NCBI RefSeq assembly: GCF_000143415.4
Contig: NW_003314309.1
Location: forward strand, 322,300-386,299
DNA length: 64,000 nucleotides
Origin: Selaginella moellendorffii
Lineage: Eukaryota; Plantae; Lycopodiophyta
Direction: 5' to 3'
The notes below the pieces were generated by a model that saw nothing but the letters and a program-made list of their open reading frames with translations, did not search any database and was not told the DNA's origin. Positions 11,873 to 25,310 of this stretch are shown piece after piece (position 1 is the first letter of the stretch; each line of letters opens with the position of its first letter). The translations under genes were made by a program, and so were the position numbers.

Positions 11873-12244
11873 ATAAAAATATAAATTTTTAAGTCCCAAA
11901 ATAAAGTTGAAGGTGCATTATATGGCAATAGTTGAAGTGAAAGTCAAACAAGTATAATATGTTTAAACTAAAATGAATTTTAAATAATTAAATTTTTATT
12001 ATATTTTAGTCACATAAATATATTTCAAAGAGTTTTACTCACAACCTCCATAGTTCCTATATAAATAATTTATTAATCTTTTCATAGTTATTCATTATTA
12101 CTTCTTTAAGAGTTTATTCTCATTCTCAATTTTTTTAGTTTAAATTTTTAGTTTAAACATATTATGTTTATTAAACTTTTATTTTACCCACTACCACATA
12201 GCACCCCTTCAGCTTTATATAGGACTTAGGGAATTATGTTTTAC
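11873..12244. mobile_element. Long-TIR foldback / Mutator-like MITE remnant
   Basis: ~11873-11992 (TAAGTCCCAAAATAAAGTTGAAGGTGC...ATAATATGTTTAAACTAAAA) is an imperfect reverse complement of ~12130-12244. Confidence 0.65.
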
Positions 12245-12694
12245 ATATATTAAGTTATTTGAACAGATAAGTTTTATTGTCAATATTATATTATTATTTT
12301 AAATGCTACATAAATTATGGTTTATAATCAAAATTAATAAGAAAATAAATAGCAGTTTTAATATAATTATTTAGCTTCACATTAATGCAATTTAATTGTT
12401 TTGCCCATAGTGTTACATTGGAAATATCCATCAAAAGAACATAAGTAATTGAGCTCCATTCTAATGGCTTTTCATCTTGTGCAAGCATCTTTTTAAATAG
12501 CAATTGCTCAACCTTCCTTTGTTTCTACTTTTACTTCCATTATTTTTGTTTCCTCATTACTTCCTCTTATGTTTATTTCACTCTTCCCTTTCACTCAAAT
12601 GTGTCTCCAAGTCCTAGCAACAAGTTTGTGAATTGTCTTTGATGATCATTTATTGTCTGCTGTTCACAAAAGCACCTAAAGGGTCGTTTTAAAC

Positions 12695-12733
12695 TGCCCA
12701 CAGTGAGGATCGAACTCACGACCTCTCGCTTAA
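12695..12733 (-). tRNA. 3' half of a tRNA gene (probably tRNA-Thr), truncated in the anticodon loop; pseudogene
   Basis: Minus strand reads TAAGCGAG-AGGTC-GTGAG-TTCGATC-CTCAC-TGTGGGC-A: 3' anticodon stem, variable loop, perfect T-arm and acceptor strand. The 5' half is absent. Confidence 0.7.
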
Positions 12734-12818
12734 GCAAAACCAAACCCTTTTTAATCAAAAGGGAAACAAATCTATTTATAAAGGGTGTTCCCTAAAAGTT
12801 ACTGCAAAGTAGTACCAC

Positions 12819-14655
12819 ATGGGTAGCGTTCCGGGAGTGGCGATCCTCGGCGCTGGGATCTTCACGACCAGTCAGTACCTCCCTATCCTCTCCAACCAAA
12901 GCTCCACTGCGCCCATCCTCAAAGCCATTTGGAGCCGATCCAAGGTAGAGCTCCTCCACTTTTCTTCGATCCTTAGGGAAAGTCTCTGGTTTGATCGATC
13001 CACAGGACGCTGCCGAGAACGCTGCCTCTTCCGTCGCGAAGTTCTTCCCAGATGTGGTAGCAAAGTGGGGAGAAGACGGCTTGATCCAAATTCTAGAGGA
13101 CAGTAGCATCCATGCAGTTGCGATTGTTCTCCCAGCGCAAGTCCAGGTTTTTAAACGCTACTCGATCTCTTTGGTCCTCATTCTTCTCTTTTGTTCTTCT
13201 TGCCTTTTCCACAGCTGGAGTATGTCCAGAGAGCTCTCAAGTCGGGTAAACATGTTCTTCAAGGTACTAGCGTTTTTTTTTTCTCTCTTGCTGCTCTTTC
13301 TAGCTCTGATCGTGATTGAAATATGCGAAATCGACATCAAAGAGAAGCCCATTGGACCCAGTACGTGATTATAATGTTGTTTGTGAGAAACACTCGTAAC
13401 TCCATTATTCTTTCTACATGCAGCTCTCTCGGATGTGCGTGACGTTTTATCGTATCACAGTGGCATGGGCTCGCAAGCTCCGGTTTGGGCTGTTGCTGAA
13501 AACTATCGCTTTGAACCCGGTTTGATCGAGGTATAAGTTTTTTCCTCCTTGTTTTCTCGTATTACTCTCTTCTTTCTTTCCTTTAATTTTTCCTATTTTT
13601 TCCTTTTTGTTTTTTCTCTTTTTTCAGGCCGCGAGGCTAGTCAAGAGCATTGGCGACATGATGTCTTTCGAAGTCATAGTAGAGCTGCCGATGAACAGCT
13701 CCAACCCATACTATTCGAGTGCCTGGCGACGAGATGTTGGTTTCAAGGCATGGAGTTTTTCCTCTTTCATTTCTTTAGAAGAAGCTCAAGCTTTCACTTG
13801 GCAGGGTGGCTTTGTTCTCGACGGTGGCGTTCATTTTGTTGCGGGGCTGCGCCTGGTAACATCTTTCTATTTCCTTTTGAACTTTGGCTGCTAAAACTCT
13901 CCCATATAGATCACAGGTTGTGAAGTGACTCAAGTATCAGCGATTGCTCGCCACGTTGATCCACTGCTGCCTTCCCCGGACAACGTATCTGCTCTACTGT
14001 ACGCCTGTTTTTCTTGAAGTTTGCTTATCTTGAATCACTCTCTCTCTGTTTTTCTTCTTCTTCTTCTCTTGCAGGCAGCTCGAGAATGAGTGTGCTGGTG
14101 TTCTTGTTATGTCATACTCTTGCACAGCGAGAAAGGTAAATATTCTTTTAGAGCAATGCTGAGATTCTTGATTTTTTTTTACTTCCCAAAGGTAAGCTGG
14201 CGAGTTTTGGGATCCAAAGGAACTGTAGAAGCTGTTCGTGATCAGAAAGATGGCAGTCATGGTTACCTGGTTGGTTTTCATTTCCTTCTTCCAAGGGTCT
14301 TGCGTGTTTCTAAATTCACGAGCAAAATCTCTTGTTTCCGCAGGTAACATTCTATCCTCTGGGAGGAACCGTGCTTAGCAAGTTCTTTCCGTTCTCTGGA
14401 GTGGAGAACGAACTTAAGGCGTTCGTAGGAGACGTGTCCCAGATTGTTTATGAGGTAAATGGTTAAGTTTCTCAAGCTTTCTAAGTTTGCAGCTTGTGTT
14501 TTTTGTTTTTTTACCAGGGAAAAACTGCAGAGAGTGCTGATAAACGCAGCAATTTTATTGAAGCTTATCACGACGTTGCTGTGATAGAGGCCATGCTCAA
14601 ATCGAGCAACAACAAAGGATTTCCAGTCCACGTTGATAGATACGAGGAGATATGA
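12819..14655 (+). CDS. Gfo/Idh/MocA-family NAD(P)-dependent oxidoreductase, multi-exon
   Basis: Rossmann VAILGAGIF, GKHVLQEKP, WAVAENYRFEPG, SSAWRR..GGFVLDGGVHFVAGLR and WRVLGSKGTVE. Confidence 0.88.
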
Positions 14656-14732
14656 TGAAATGCTCTTCATTTTTCTTTCCAAAGGGTACACAGATCGAGT
14701 GAAAAAATCACACTAGAAAATAAAATCATCAC

Positions 14733-17176
14733 TCACGCTTGTGCTTGAGGCCGCCACCATTGCTTTTGAAGAACTAGTAGCTCCTCCAGGCCTTTGGTAT
14801 GCGTGGTGTGAACTTTCCAATGTAAGGATTCCATCACTGGCTTGAGCTTCTCCAGGTTTTCCACCTTGTCGCGAAATATGACGTAGCTTTCTGGTCTTAA
14901 AATCCTGTCCATCTCCACAAGCGTATTTGTGGTATTGCACCTGGAAAATAAAACAATCAAAGCTTGTTAACTGCAGGAAAAGGAGAACAAACCTTTTCGT
15001 AAGTCGCGTTAGCAAGTGATCAGCATGGATCAAATCGTACGTTCGTGGATATGTGCTGAAGGATTCACACCAGTCGTGGTAGATTCCAAACAAGCCCCGA
15101 TCGAAAATCGCAGGCAGAGTGTCCGGTTCGTATATAGGCACGACGTTCATCACCCAAACTGGCTGCGACGCCAAGGCTGCAGCAAAACTGGAAGAAACAG
15201 TGACACACAAAAGCCAGAGTAAGAATGAGAGCGCAAAAAGCGAAAAAAAAAGAAAGAAACTTACCCTCCATATGCGGCTTTCATATCCAGAACGTTGCGT
15301 ATGTTCTTCCAGTCGAAATTCATCTTGAGGTACGAATTTTGCATCACGTTCTTCCAATGCTGAGTGTCGGACTTAAACTCCTCGTCACCAGCCTTGCCAT
15401 AAAGGCCTTTGGAGACACGAGTGAGCCAAGTTGGAGGCGTGAGCAAACGCTGTGGCCAATCCTCAGGCCAGCTCGTTCCATGCTCCTGTTCCGTGACAGG
15501 CACCTTGTGAATGCAGCTTTTCATAGGAATGTACCTGTCATGCTGCTGTTAGCACACGAAACTCTTCTATAGTATTCTGGAACTTTTACCATGCGGCATC
15601 ACGCTTATCTTCTTCCTCACAAAGTGGGGGAAGTTTCGCTCTTCTTCTCTCGTAGCACAAGTTGTTGGTGGGCTTTTGAAATATTGCAACGCCAACAGCA
15701 CTGGCAGCGTCTGTAGTTTTTGCTAGATTGTTCCAGCACATTGATGCCGCTAGGGACGATGTATCTGAAAAAAAAAAATAGTACTTTGCTCAGTGACAAA
15801 CAGAACAGCAAGGCAAACATTAAATGGCATACTCTTCCAGATCTGAACTTGATCCGGCTGTGTACGGTAAACCGGAGGGGCAGACCACACAAAGTAACCG
15901 CCAGGCCTGAGCACCCGATTTACTTCGAGAAGCAGCTTTCCTCCTGACAAGTACTAGTTAGAAGCCATTGAAAGTACAAGGCGAACTTACCATCTTCATG
16001 CCATGGCACTCTACACCGAGCACAATGAACCATGTCAAAGACATTGGCTGGAAAAACCAGCCGCTGCGTTCCCATCACAGCCGAGATGGCAGGAATTCCT
16101 CGTTCCAGAGCTAGCTGAACCTGTGCTTCGTGCTCGTCTTTCGGTGCAAAAGACACCGTCAACACGTCCTTGCGAAACAAGTAGCCACCAAAACTCGCAA
16201 CGCCGCAGCCAACATCTAGAACCACACGCGTGTGCTTTCCCCACTCAATATCCGGCAACGTCTGCGATATCAGTTAGCGAAAGAAAAAAAGATCACATTT
16301 TTAACCAGACATCTAAAAGACCAACTTACATTCTGAATGTAGTCGATGTAGTGATCGGCTCCAAGAATAAACTGAGTGCCAGTCCCAGGAAATGTGAGCC
16401 GGTTTCCAGTTTTCTTGACCCAGCTCTGGTCTTTCTTGTACGTGACGAGTCCCGGATGGGGGACGTTGTCGAACCATATCTGGAAGCTACACGGACTGAA
16501 AACTTCAATGGCAACAAGAACAGAAAAGACGAAAGAATGAACCAACCTCTTCCCGGCTTTGAGGCCAAGGCAGCGGCCGTTTGTAGTTCTTTGGAAGCGG
16601 TACGAGACAACTGACGAGATCTTCATGCACAGGGCAGTGCCTCTCCCGGTGCTCGTAATGGTGTCTACTTGGTAGCATCTTGATAGCCTCTTCGTTGTCT
16701 AGGCAGGGAATGTAGTCTTGCGCAGCGTTTCCAGCGCAAAGTTTCCATACACTATCACTATCACCCGGGCTGGAGGAAGTTTTCTCCTCTTGCAAACTCT
16801 GAGAGTCGCCATCGATCTCCTTTCCATCATCCAGTGCCTTGTTATCTTCACTTTCCTTGGAAGATCTTTCCTCTTCCTTTGCCACACCACTGGAAGATTT
16901 TTCGCCATCCTCATTTTCATCTTCATCGTTTTGTGCCAGCTGATTTTCCTGCTCCTTCCTCTCCACTTTCTCATCCATTCCTCCAATCTTGTCATTCTCG
17001 TCTCCAATCTCTTCTCTGGCATCGCTCTGCCGCAATGCAGCTCCAGATCCTACCACATCCTGCTCGACCAGACCAGATCTTCCCCGGAAAATCCACACGG
17101 CCACCACGAAAAAGGCCACGAGAATGCCGATCACAAACCTGGGAGAATGCGCGGGGAATCGTTTCGACCTGGCCAT
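14733..17176 (-). CDS. Probable pectin methyltransferase (PMT/QUA2-like, Methyltransf_29; PMT26-28 subgroup)
   Basis: N-terminal TM and acidic stem, [71 protein letters not shown] and EMDRILRP. Confidence 0.92.
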
Positions 17177-17476
17177 CCCAGAACTATCCCGGATCTAGCA
17201 GCTAGGCGGCAAGAACCCTAATCACTACCTGGAACAGTCGCCGATCATCGAGCGCGGCACGACGGATGGATCGCGTTGATCCGAGCTAAGATCGCTCAGA
17301 TTCCTGGAATGGATCGATTGCTGGAAGACAGAAGAACGAATCCAGCGCAAAATCTACCCGAAATCTCAGCTAAAGTGAGAAAAGGGGGAAAAGTTGAAAA
17401 AGTAAAAAACGTTAAGTACACTTAATGATTAATGTAGGTACACTAAACCTTAATAGAGAGGAATATGCTCCTGCCT

Positions 17477-18218
17477 CTACGAGCATATTCCCTGGCGCGG
17501 CCTATTTCGGCAAAGAGGACAGGACGCATTCAAGGAGAGCCACATTCGAATGCAGCGCGAGTGAAAGCAGTGCGAACATCCGCGAAACATTCTCCTCGAC
17601 GATTCCTTCCCGCCGCCGCCAGGATTCTCCTCGAATCCTCCCAGGCAGATCGTGCAAGCCTCGTTGATCGAAGACGGAGGAAACGTTCGCCCACCAATCC
17701 TCTCCATCTTGTGAACAAAGCTACTCATCTGGTGATCCGCTCGATCTTCTCCTTGTTCTCCTTGCTCTCCTTCCCCATCTTCCTCTTCTTCTTGGAGGAA
17801 GACCTTGAGCGCTTCCTCTCCAGGAGAATGATCGTGATCTTGGTGATCAAGCGATCCTGCTACATCATCAAAACCACCCTCGACGTGGGCGTCGTGATCA
17901 TCATCGTGGAGAATGCGATCCAGCGCGGCGAAGCTGAGTAGCGTGTACACCAGCAGCAGCAATCCCAGCACCGCCACCGCGATCTGGAGCGCAATGTAGC
18001 CTTCCAGAAACGCGAGCGACCCCATCGCCAGGGAGAAACACACGGCGCTCGCGATCAAATCCCGAATCACCCCCACTACAAGCATGATCTCTCTCGGCTC
18101 TTCTATAGAGGCCCACAGAAACGAGAAAAAAAAGCAAACCACACTCAGTGAGACAGAAAGCAAAGCAAATGGTGTTCCTGGTGGCTATGGAGTCACTGTC
18201 TCGAGCATAGAAAACCAT
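17477..18218 (-). CDS. Membrane-anchored RING-H2 E3 ligase (ATL-like); start uncertain
   Basis: Hydrophobic segments are followed by CTICLGGF...CSHCFHSRCIRMWL..NASCPLCR (C3H2C3). Confidence 0.75.
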
Positions 18219-18676
18219 GGAGAAATCAAAGAGAAGGAAGAGGCAGTCACCAACCAGAGGGGAGATGGGCTTGACCTATTCATTGCGAAATCGGCGACTC
18301 TGGATAGAGATTATCCCTCTTTTCTTCGCCAGGAAGTGAAATATCGCTGCGCAGGGCAATGAGCAAATCTCAAATAGCTACGATTCGCACTGACCATGAG
18401 ACACACAATACACTGTACCTTACAGGTGTACTGTACGCTTTTTCTTTTTCTTTTTCTTTTTTCAGCACGAAAACTCTAGAGGCATCTAGAGAATATACTT
18501 GTCAATGAGCCGTTGACTATAATGACATGACTGACCGTTTACTATAATGTCAACGGACAAGATATTTCTATTCGAGATTTGCGAGCGCGAAAGCAACATT
18601 GACAAGACCGGCATTGACCGATATTCAAAACTAAGCTATTCACAGCGAGGGAGATAAGTCAAGGGTGGCGGCGCGG

Positions 18677-20530
18677 CTAGTCCATGGCGGGGCCATTCTT
18701 CTCGGCCATTTGGAGGTGTTGGCGGCTCTCGGGCGCCTCCGGGTCGGCGCCGCCGCCGCCGGGCTTGACGAACTCGGTGTCATCGGCGGGGACGATCCTC
18801 TTCCAGAACCAGTGGCTCCTCCACACCAGCATCATCTCCTCGATCGGGACGTTCTTGGTCTCGGGCACGAAGAAGTAGACGAAGATGGTCATGATGAGCA
18901 CCCATCCCGCGAAGAAGAGGAACACGCCGAACTTGAAGGTACACAGCATCTTTAGGAAGGCCTGCGCGATGACGAAGGTGAAGAGCATGTTTACCGAGAC
19001 CGTGATGCTCTGCCCGGCCGATCGCGTCTCCAGGGGATAGATCTCGCTGGGGATGAGCCAGCCGAGAGGACCCCACGACCACGCGAAGGCCGAGACGTAG
19101 AGGCAGATGAGCACCACCACGAACGCCGCCCAGCCCTTCGGGATGTTGCTGCTCGACGAGAACTTCACTCCCAAGACGATCCCAATCACGATCTGGAAGC
19201 CAAGCGATCGATCAAACACAGGACACACGCGAGGATAAAAAATAACCAACCTGCGAGAAGAACATCTGGACGCCACCCTCGAGCAGCAGCAGCCTCCGCC
19301 CGTACTTATCCACAGTGATGATCGAGAGGAAAGTGGAGACGAGGTTGACAGCGCCGGTGATCACGGCCGAGTAGAGCGACGCGTCGTGTCCAAACCCGAT
19401 GGTCTCGAACAGCACCGGCGCGTAGAACATGATCACGTTGATCCCGGTCAGCTGCTGGAAGAAGGGGATCAGGATCGACATGACGAGCTGCGGCCGGTTC
19501 TTGCTCATCAAGAGATTCTTGTATGGATGCTTCACCATGTTGGCTTTCTGGCTTGCCTCCACGATATCTTCATACTCGACATCCACCTTCTCGGTTCCAC
19601 GGACTTTCCGCAGGACTTTTCTTCCTCGGTCGTGGCGCCCGCGCTCAATCAGGCTGTTCGGAGTGTCCGGGAGGAAGAATCCTCCCAGAGTCATAAAAAC
19701 TGCTGGGACTCCGGCGAGAGCGAGCGAGAGCCTCCATCCCCAGGGATGGATCTTGGCGGTTCCATAGTTGATGAGATTGGCGCAGAGGATTCCTATTGTT
19801 ATAGCGAGCTGGAACATGATGTTCATGGCTCCCCGGATCTTGGCAGGCGCGAGCTCGGAGAGATAGAGAGGAACAGCCTGCACGAAAAAAAAAATTCAAG
19901 TTTTTGCAACATAAAAAAGAGATCTCTGGCGAGATCTTAAGCTGACAAGATGGAGCTTACCTGGTTTCCAAATCCAACTCCAATACCCAGCATGATTCGC
20001 CCGAGGATGAGCATCTCGATGTTCTCGGCGGCTCCAGTGAGCACGGCCCCGACTAGAAAGCTGAGACCACCGAGCAAGATGGAGGGTCTTCGTCCATAGC
20101 GCTTGGTCACCCACGCCGCCACGAACGAGGCGATGAGCGCCGCCAGGTAGAGCGAGGACGTGAAAGTGGTGAGCCCCTGGTTGTCATACTTGCAGTAGTG
20201 AGCATTGCCGCTCACCGGCTTTTGCTTGTTGCGATAGACCACGGGGAAGAATTTCTCCAGGAAATCGTCCATGGATGTAACACCCCCTGTAGATAGACAT
20301 CTCCATTTCAGCCAAGCGATCAAAGTTTCCAGACATTTTCTCCCCAAGATCTAAAGAAAGAGAAGAAGAGCTCTGGAGGAGTCGAGCTTACCGGAGATTC
20401 CGATGTCATAGCCGAAGATGAGACCACCGCTAGCGGCGACGACGCAGGCGAGCACCACATAGATCGTTGTTCGTCCTTGGTACTGATCAGATCTACCGCC
20501 TTGCGAAGAGAGCAACGCTCCTCCCGCCAT
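18677..20530 (-). CDS. Sugar transport protein (STP/MST, MFS hexose:H+ symporter), 4 exons
   Basis: [68 protein letters not shown] and [11 protein letters not shown]. Confidence 0.95.
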
Positions 20531-21450
20531 AGCTGCGCTCAAGGAACCACCAAAAAAACAGGAAGAGCGTCCTCGCTGAAAAGAAAGGCGTTCCCAAAGA
20601 CTTTCAAGACATTAAATTCCTCTCTTATCAAGCTTTGACGAGACTAATCTTTTTTCTTTTTTTTAGCCGCTATAATTTTTTGGAGCTGAGTGTGGACTTT
20701 TAGACGAAAACACCAGCTGGTGGAGCCAAATTACTTTGTACGTTTGCATTTTGTATGGTTGCCAACAGCCAGCCACCTTCTAACCACATTTTTTTGGGCT
20801 TGTTTAAGGTTCTTAGCGTATGGGAATGGAGCGTTTGGCGAAGTTTCGCAATCGATCGCAAGCTGGTCGGAGGAGGAAAAGGAGGAGAACGAGGCGGCGA
20901 TGGAAAGCTAGATCTCTCTTTTTTGCAAGCTTTGCATCCATCGCCCATGACCTGCCTGGCTGGATTTCAAAACACGAACGCGGCTAGTCGCCAGCCTTAT
21001 CCATCGAAAGATTTAAGATTTCACGCAAGTTTCACGAGTCTGCGCACGAGCACTGAAAATTTTGCAGGATGGTAACGAGCTCCAGGTGTCGAACCAGGTG
21101 TCGATCGAGTTGGCGTATACGCGAGAATTTACTACGCAGCTGTTACGATGAGATAAGATTTGTCACACAAAATAAGATACCCTGTCGTCCAAATTAAAAT
21201 TAGTATGATTTTTGAAGAAATTCTACAGATTATATGGCAACATCATTGACTTGGATATAAAGAAAGAGTTTTGGAAAGACCGGACCGCCCAAGTCAAGCA
21301 AGCCTGCGTTTGAAAGCATAATATACATAAACCAGTGTTAGTTCTAAACCTTATAAATTAAAGGCAGGAAATACTATTCTGGTTTCAGATTTGCGAACTT
21401 TACCGCAGGCATTGTGCAAGCCGCCAAAAGCATTTAACATTCTTTCCCCC

Positions 21451-21476
21451 GAGAGAGAGAGAGAGAGAGAAAGAGA
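21451..21476 (+). repeat. (GA)n microsatellite upstream of the P450
   Basis: About 10 perfect GA units. Confidence 0.8.
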
Positions 21477-21554
21477 GGTATAGACAATGTTTCAAAAGTG
21501 TTGACACTGCGATATTATATATATTTCCTTGACACGAAAGGCGAACCGCACATA

Positions 21555-23130
21555 ATGGAGCTGCTGGCTATGGTAGCATTGCTCTTCTTTCTCGTAGCTC
21601 CACTCCTTTGGATCTTCAATCTCGTCGTCGCCTCCCGCAAAGAAACTCCTGCTCAAGCTCTTCAAATTCCTCCGGGAAACTTGGGATGGCCGCTCATCGG
21701 AGAAACTTTCAGGTACGCTGTCCAATCCGGCTCTACTTTCTACGACGAGAGAGTTGCAAAGTATGGCGCCGTGTTTAAGACGTCGCTCTTTGGCTCCAAG
21801 ACTGTGGTTCTTCCAGCTCCGGAGGGCAACAGGCTCATCCTCATGAACGAGAACAAGCTCGTCAGTGTCTCGTATCCAAAGTCCGTGAGCGTTCTTCTGG
21901 GAGAGAATTCCCTCATTGCGCTGCGAGGTGACGAGCACCGGCGATCGAAAGCTCTGCTCATGACGTTTCTCCGGCCAGAGATGCTCCAAAAGTTCGTGGG
22001 TCGGGTGTGCAAGGTCGTCCACGACCATCTCCAGAAGTTCTGGAGCGGTGGCGACGAGGTGATCCGGGTGTACAATCTCATGAAGATGTTTACATTCGCT
22101 CTGGCTTGCGACTTGCTCATGGGCCTCGACATTGGCGACGAGGAGATGGAGTTTCTGGCCAGAGATTTCGATACGCTGGTGCGAGGGCTCTTCCAGCTCC
22201 CCATCGACTTGCCTGGGACACAGTTTTGCAGAGCCAAAGCTGCGAGGAAGAAGCTCGATCAGTGCTTTGATCGCCACATACGAGAAAAGAGACGAGAGAT
22301 TGCGGGAAGTTTTCGTGCTAGATCTCATGAGCAGGATATGTTGGAGGTATTGCTCACGACCAGGGATGAGAATGGAGAGTTCAGTACGGACCTGGCAATC
22401 AAGGACAACATTGTTTCGTTGCTCTTTGCGGGGCACGATACTTCGAGCGTCGCTCTTACCTGGACATTGAAGTTCTTGGCGGATTCTCCCTCTTGCATGG
22501 ACAAAATTGTGCAAGGTTTTCGTATCAATCCTTGCTCCTCTCGATCCGATCAGTTTGGCTGACATGAATTGGTTGTTGTTGTTCTTGGCAGAAAACTTGG
22601 CGATTCGAAACTCGCGAAGTTCTTCCGAGCTTTCGTGGGAGGATTTGAGAAAGCTAAAGTATACATGGCAAGTGGTCCAGGAATCCATGAGGATGAGGCC
22701 TCCTGTTGGCGGTGGCTTCCGCGAGGCTCTCGTCGATTTGGAGTTTGATGGATATGTCGTTCCCAAGGGATGGAAGGCAAGTTTCTTGGTAAAGTTTTTG
22801 GAGATCTTACACTGAAATTATCTTGCACAGCTCAATTGGACCACTGCTACCTCATACAGGAAACCAGAGTTTTTCGTGGAGCCAAACAAGTTTGATCCAT
22901 CTCGCTTTGATGGAGGGAATGCAATTGCTCCATACACTTTCCTCCCGTTTGGGGCAGGCGCAAGGATGTGCCCGGGCTCTGAGTTTGCAAAGATGGAAAT
23001 CCTCGTCTTCCTGCACTATTGTGTTCTCCAGTTCGATTGGAAGCTCCTGGAACCCAACGAACAGGTGATCATCGATCCAATGCCTCGCCCTGTTCATGGA
23101 ATGCCTGTAAGAATCTCTAAAAGAAATTAA
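21555..23130 (+). CDS. Cytochrome P450, CYP85 clan (CYP716/CYP718-like), 3 exons; second intron is GC-AG
   Basis: TM anchor, PPGNLGWPLIGET, LFAGHDT (I-helix), ESMR (ExxR), FDPSRF and PFGAGARMCPG (heme). Confidence 0.9.
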
Positions 23131-23290
23131 AACTTTAAATTGTGTTTTCTGTAATTATAAAGATAACATAAGAAAAAAGATAAAGATGATGAACACAATA
23201 GTAATAATGAAACCAGATTTCATACGTTATGTACACTGTGTTATTTGACATCAGACTGGAAATAACTATTTGTTGACCCTGAGCTACACT

Positions 23291-24925
23291 TCATTCGTTC
23301 ATCCAGTCCCAGTTGGCTGGGCGATAATTCAACGGCGTGGAGCCCTCGGCGTCTCTAGCTTGAAGGTCTGCCCCTTTGCTTATCAAAAACTTGGCAACCA
23401 TCTCCTGCTCGCAAACACAGGCATAGTGTAGCGCGGTCTGGCCTTCCTTGTCCTGAAAAAGAGAAAGGAAAGGCCAAAAAAAAAAAAAAAACACCATTTT
23501 TTCCACGTAAGAGACAGATTCTATACAAATATCTGTACCTTAGCTTGAAGTTTTGCTCCTCTGGAAAGCAGCAATTCCACAAGTCCCAAGTGTCCACGGT
23601 CAGATGCCCAGTGAAGGGCCGTGCGGCCATCGCTGTCTGGAAAATTCTTCTGAAGTTAAAAGAGGCGCCGTGTAGGAAAAATTCCATCCTACCTTGGACG
23701 TCCACCGGGACGCCTTGACTTAAAAGTTCCAAGAGACCAGGCTCGTTGCCTTCCCGAGCAGCAATGTGGAGGGCATCCAGCGATCTACAAAGACAAACGA
23801 ACTTAAAACGAGCCATCGCCTTTCTTAATCGACGGGGGGAAGCGATATGCAAAGTGGACTTACCCGTCGTCACTCCTTTCATCGTACGCTAGTGTGCTAA
23901 AGACAGGCCCAACAGGACCTTTCTTTTGTTTGCTTCCGGACGTTCCTTCTTTGCCCTTGCTCTGAGAAAAAGTATAATGCTCATTTGAAGTTCTTAAAAG
24001 CCAAAGACTTACTTTCTGATTGCTCGCCCAATCCGGACTTAGTTCTGAAACAAGCTCCACGTATCGTTCCATAGCCTCCTCTTGGCTAATGTTCCCCAAT
24101 TTCTGCCAGGCATTCCTTCAAAACAATCTCCCATCAGCGCTAAAAAAAAGAGAGACATTTTTGCGAAGATCCATACCATTTTGCGCGAGCAGTCATCTTC
24201 AGTGCCGATGGCTGCACAGTATGACACGGACCCTCCGTCGCCACCTTGTAGAGTCCATACAGTTGGAGTTGAGTTTCACTGGAAACCTTCAAACCGCCAG
24301 CTTGAGTTGCTATGAAGCTCGACGCAGCTCCAAAAGCTTCATCCAACTCCGTGCTCTCCACGCCCTCCCAATCGGAGGAACCGTCATCATCTTCGTCCAT
24401 CGCCATGGCCGAGATCGATCTGTTGGAGCCAGCTTCCGCCTCCACGGAAGAGCTCGTAGATGGTTCGTAGCCAGCTTCCATTGTCGCCAAGCTCTGATGT
24501 CCTGTGATCGCCTCCTGTTCTACGACCTCGTCCTTTTTGATAATCGGCGCTGGCGATCCAACTCCAGCGCCGGAAGCCTCATCGAGCCCACCACCCTCGC
24601 TCACTTCTGAGAAATCCGCCCTGCCTTCGCTCAATCCAGATATGTCTGCCCTGTCACCCTCGGAATCCACAGAATGTATGCTCTCTTCCTTCTCATCGGA
24701 AGAGCTGGAAGCACCTCTTTCATCCTTTCCCTCTTGAGCTTCTTCGCTTGGAGACAAACGCTCCACCCTCATATTCCCGGCCCTCATCGAGCTCCTGATA
24801 GCCATAAACATCGATAGAAGCTTGGAGAGCATAAACGCGAAGACGATAGCTACAAACACTGTCTGCGCGAGCTCCTGCAAATCGGCCTGGCGCGCCATTT
24901 CCCTGATGCCTCCCCAGCTCCACAT
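23291..24925 (-). CDS. Membrane-anchored acyl-CoA-binding protein with ankyrin repeats (class II, ACBP1/2-like)
   Basis: N-terminal TM, acidic linker, ACB domain QLQLYGLYKVATEGPC..ARAKW.AWQKLG..SQEEAMERY, and ankyrin repeats LHIAAREG, GRTALHWASDRGH and GQTALHYA. Confidence 0.9.
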
Positions 24926-25310
24926 ACCTCCAAAACCCTAATCCTAGAACCTGTGAATCACGGAGAGCTGTGGAAGACGCGAAGAGGCGCGCTCCGCCAA
25001 TGGATCCTTTTCACTCGCTCGCTCGCAAACCCAAACCCTAGGCCGCGTTTGAATCGAATTCCTCCTTTTGCGCTTTAACCCCTGCCCTTTTAGGTGAAGT
25101 TTGTTCGAGGGAAGGTATATGCTTTCCACAGCTGCGGAAAGATCCTTGCCATGATTTGAAGGGTCCAATCAACTGATTCACGCAGATGCTCGGTAAAAGT
25201 AGGGAGTTAACAAGCTTATTTATCACAGGGAAGAGCCCAGCGCCGATCGAATCCTCTCAGCTACTGTACCGTGGGTGTGACCTAAATTTTGTAATCCCTA
25301 GCTCCAAGGT

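Noticed and set aside
21492-22766. 424-aa antisense ORF over the P450 (also antisense ORFs over tubulin, STP, GT47 and PMT)
   Set aside because: Shadow ORFs from GC-rich codon usage with no recognisable motifs.
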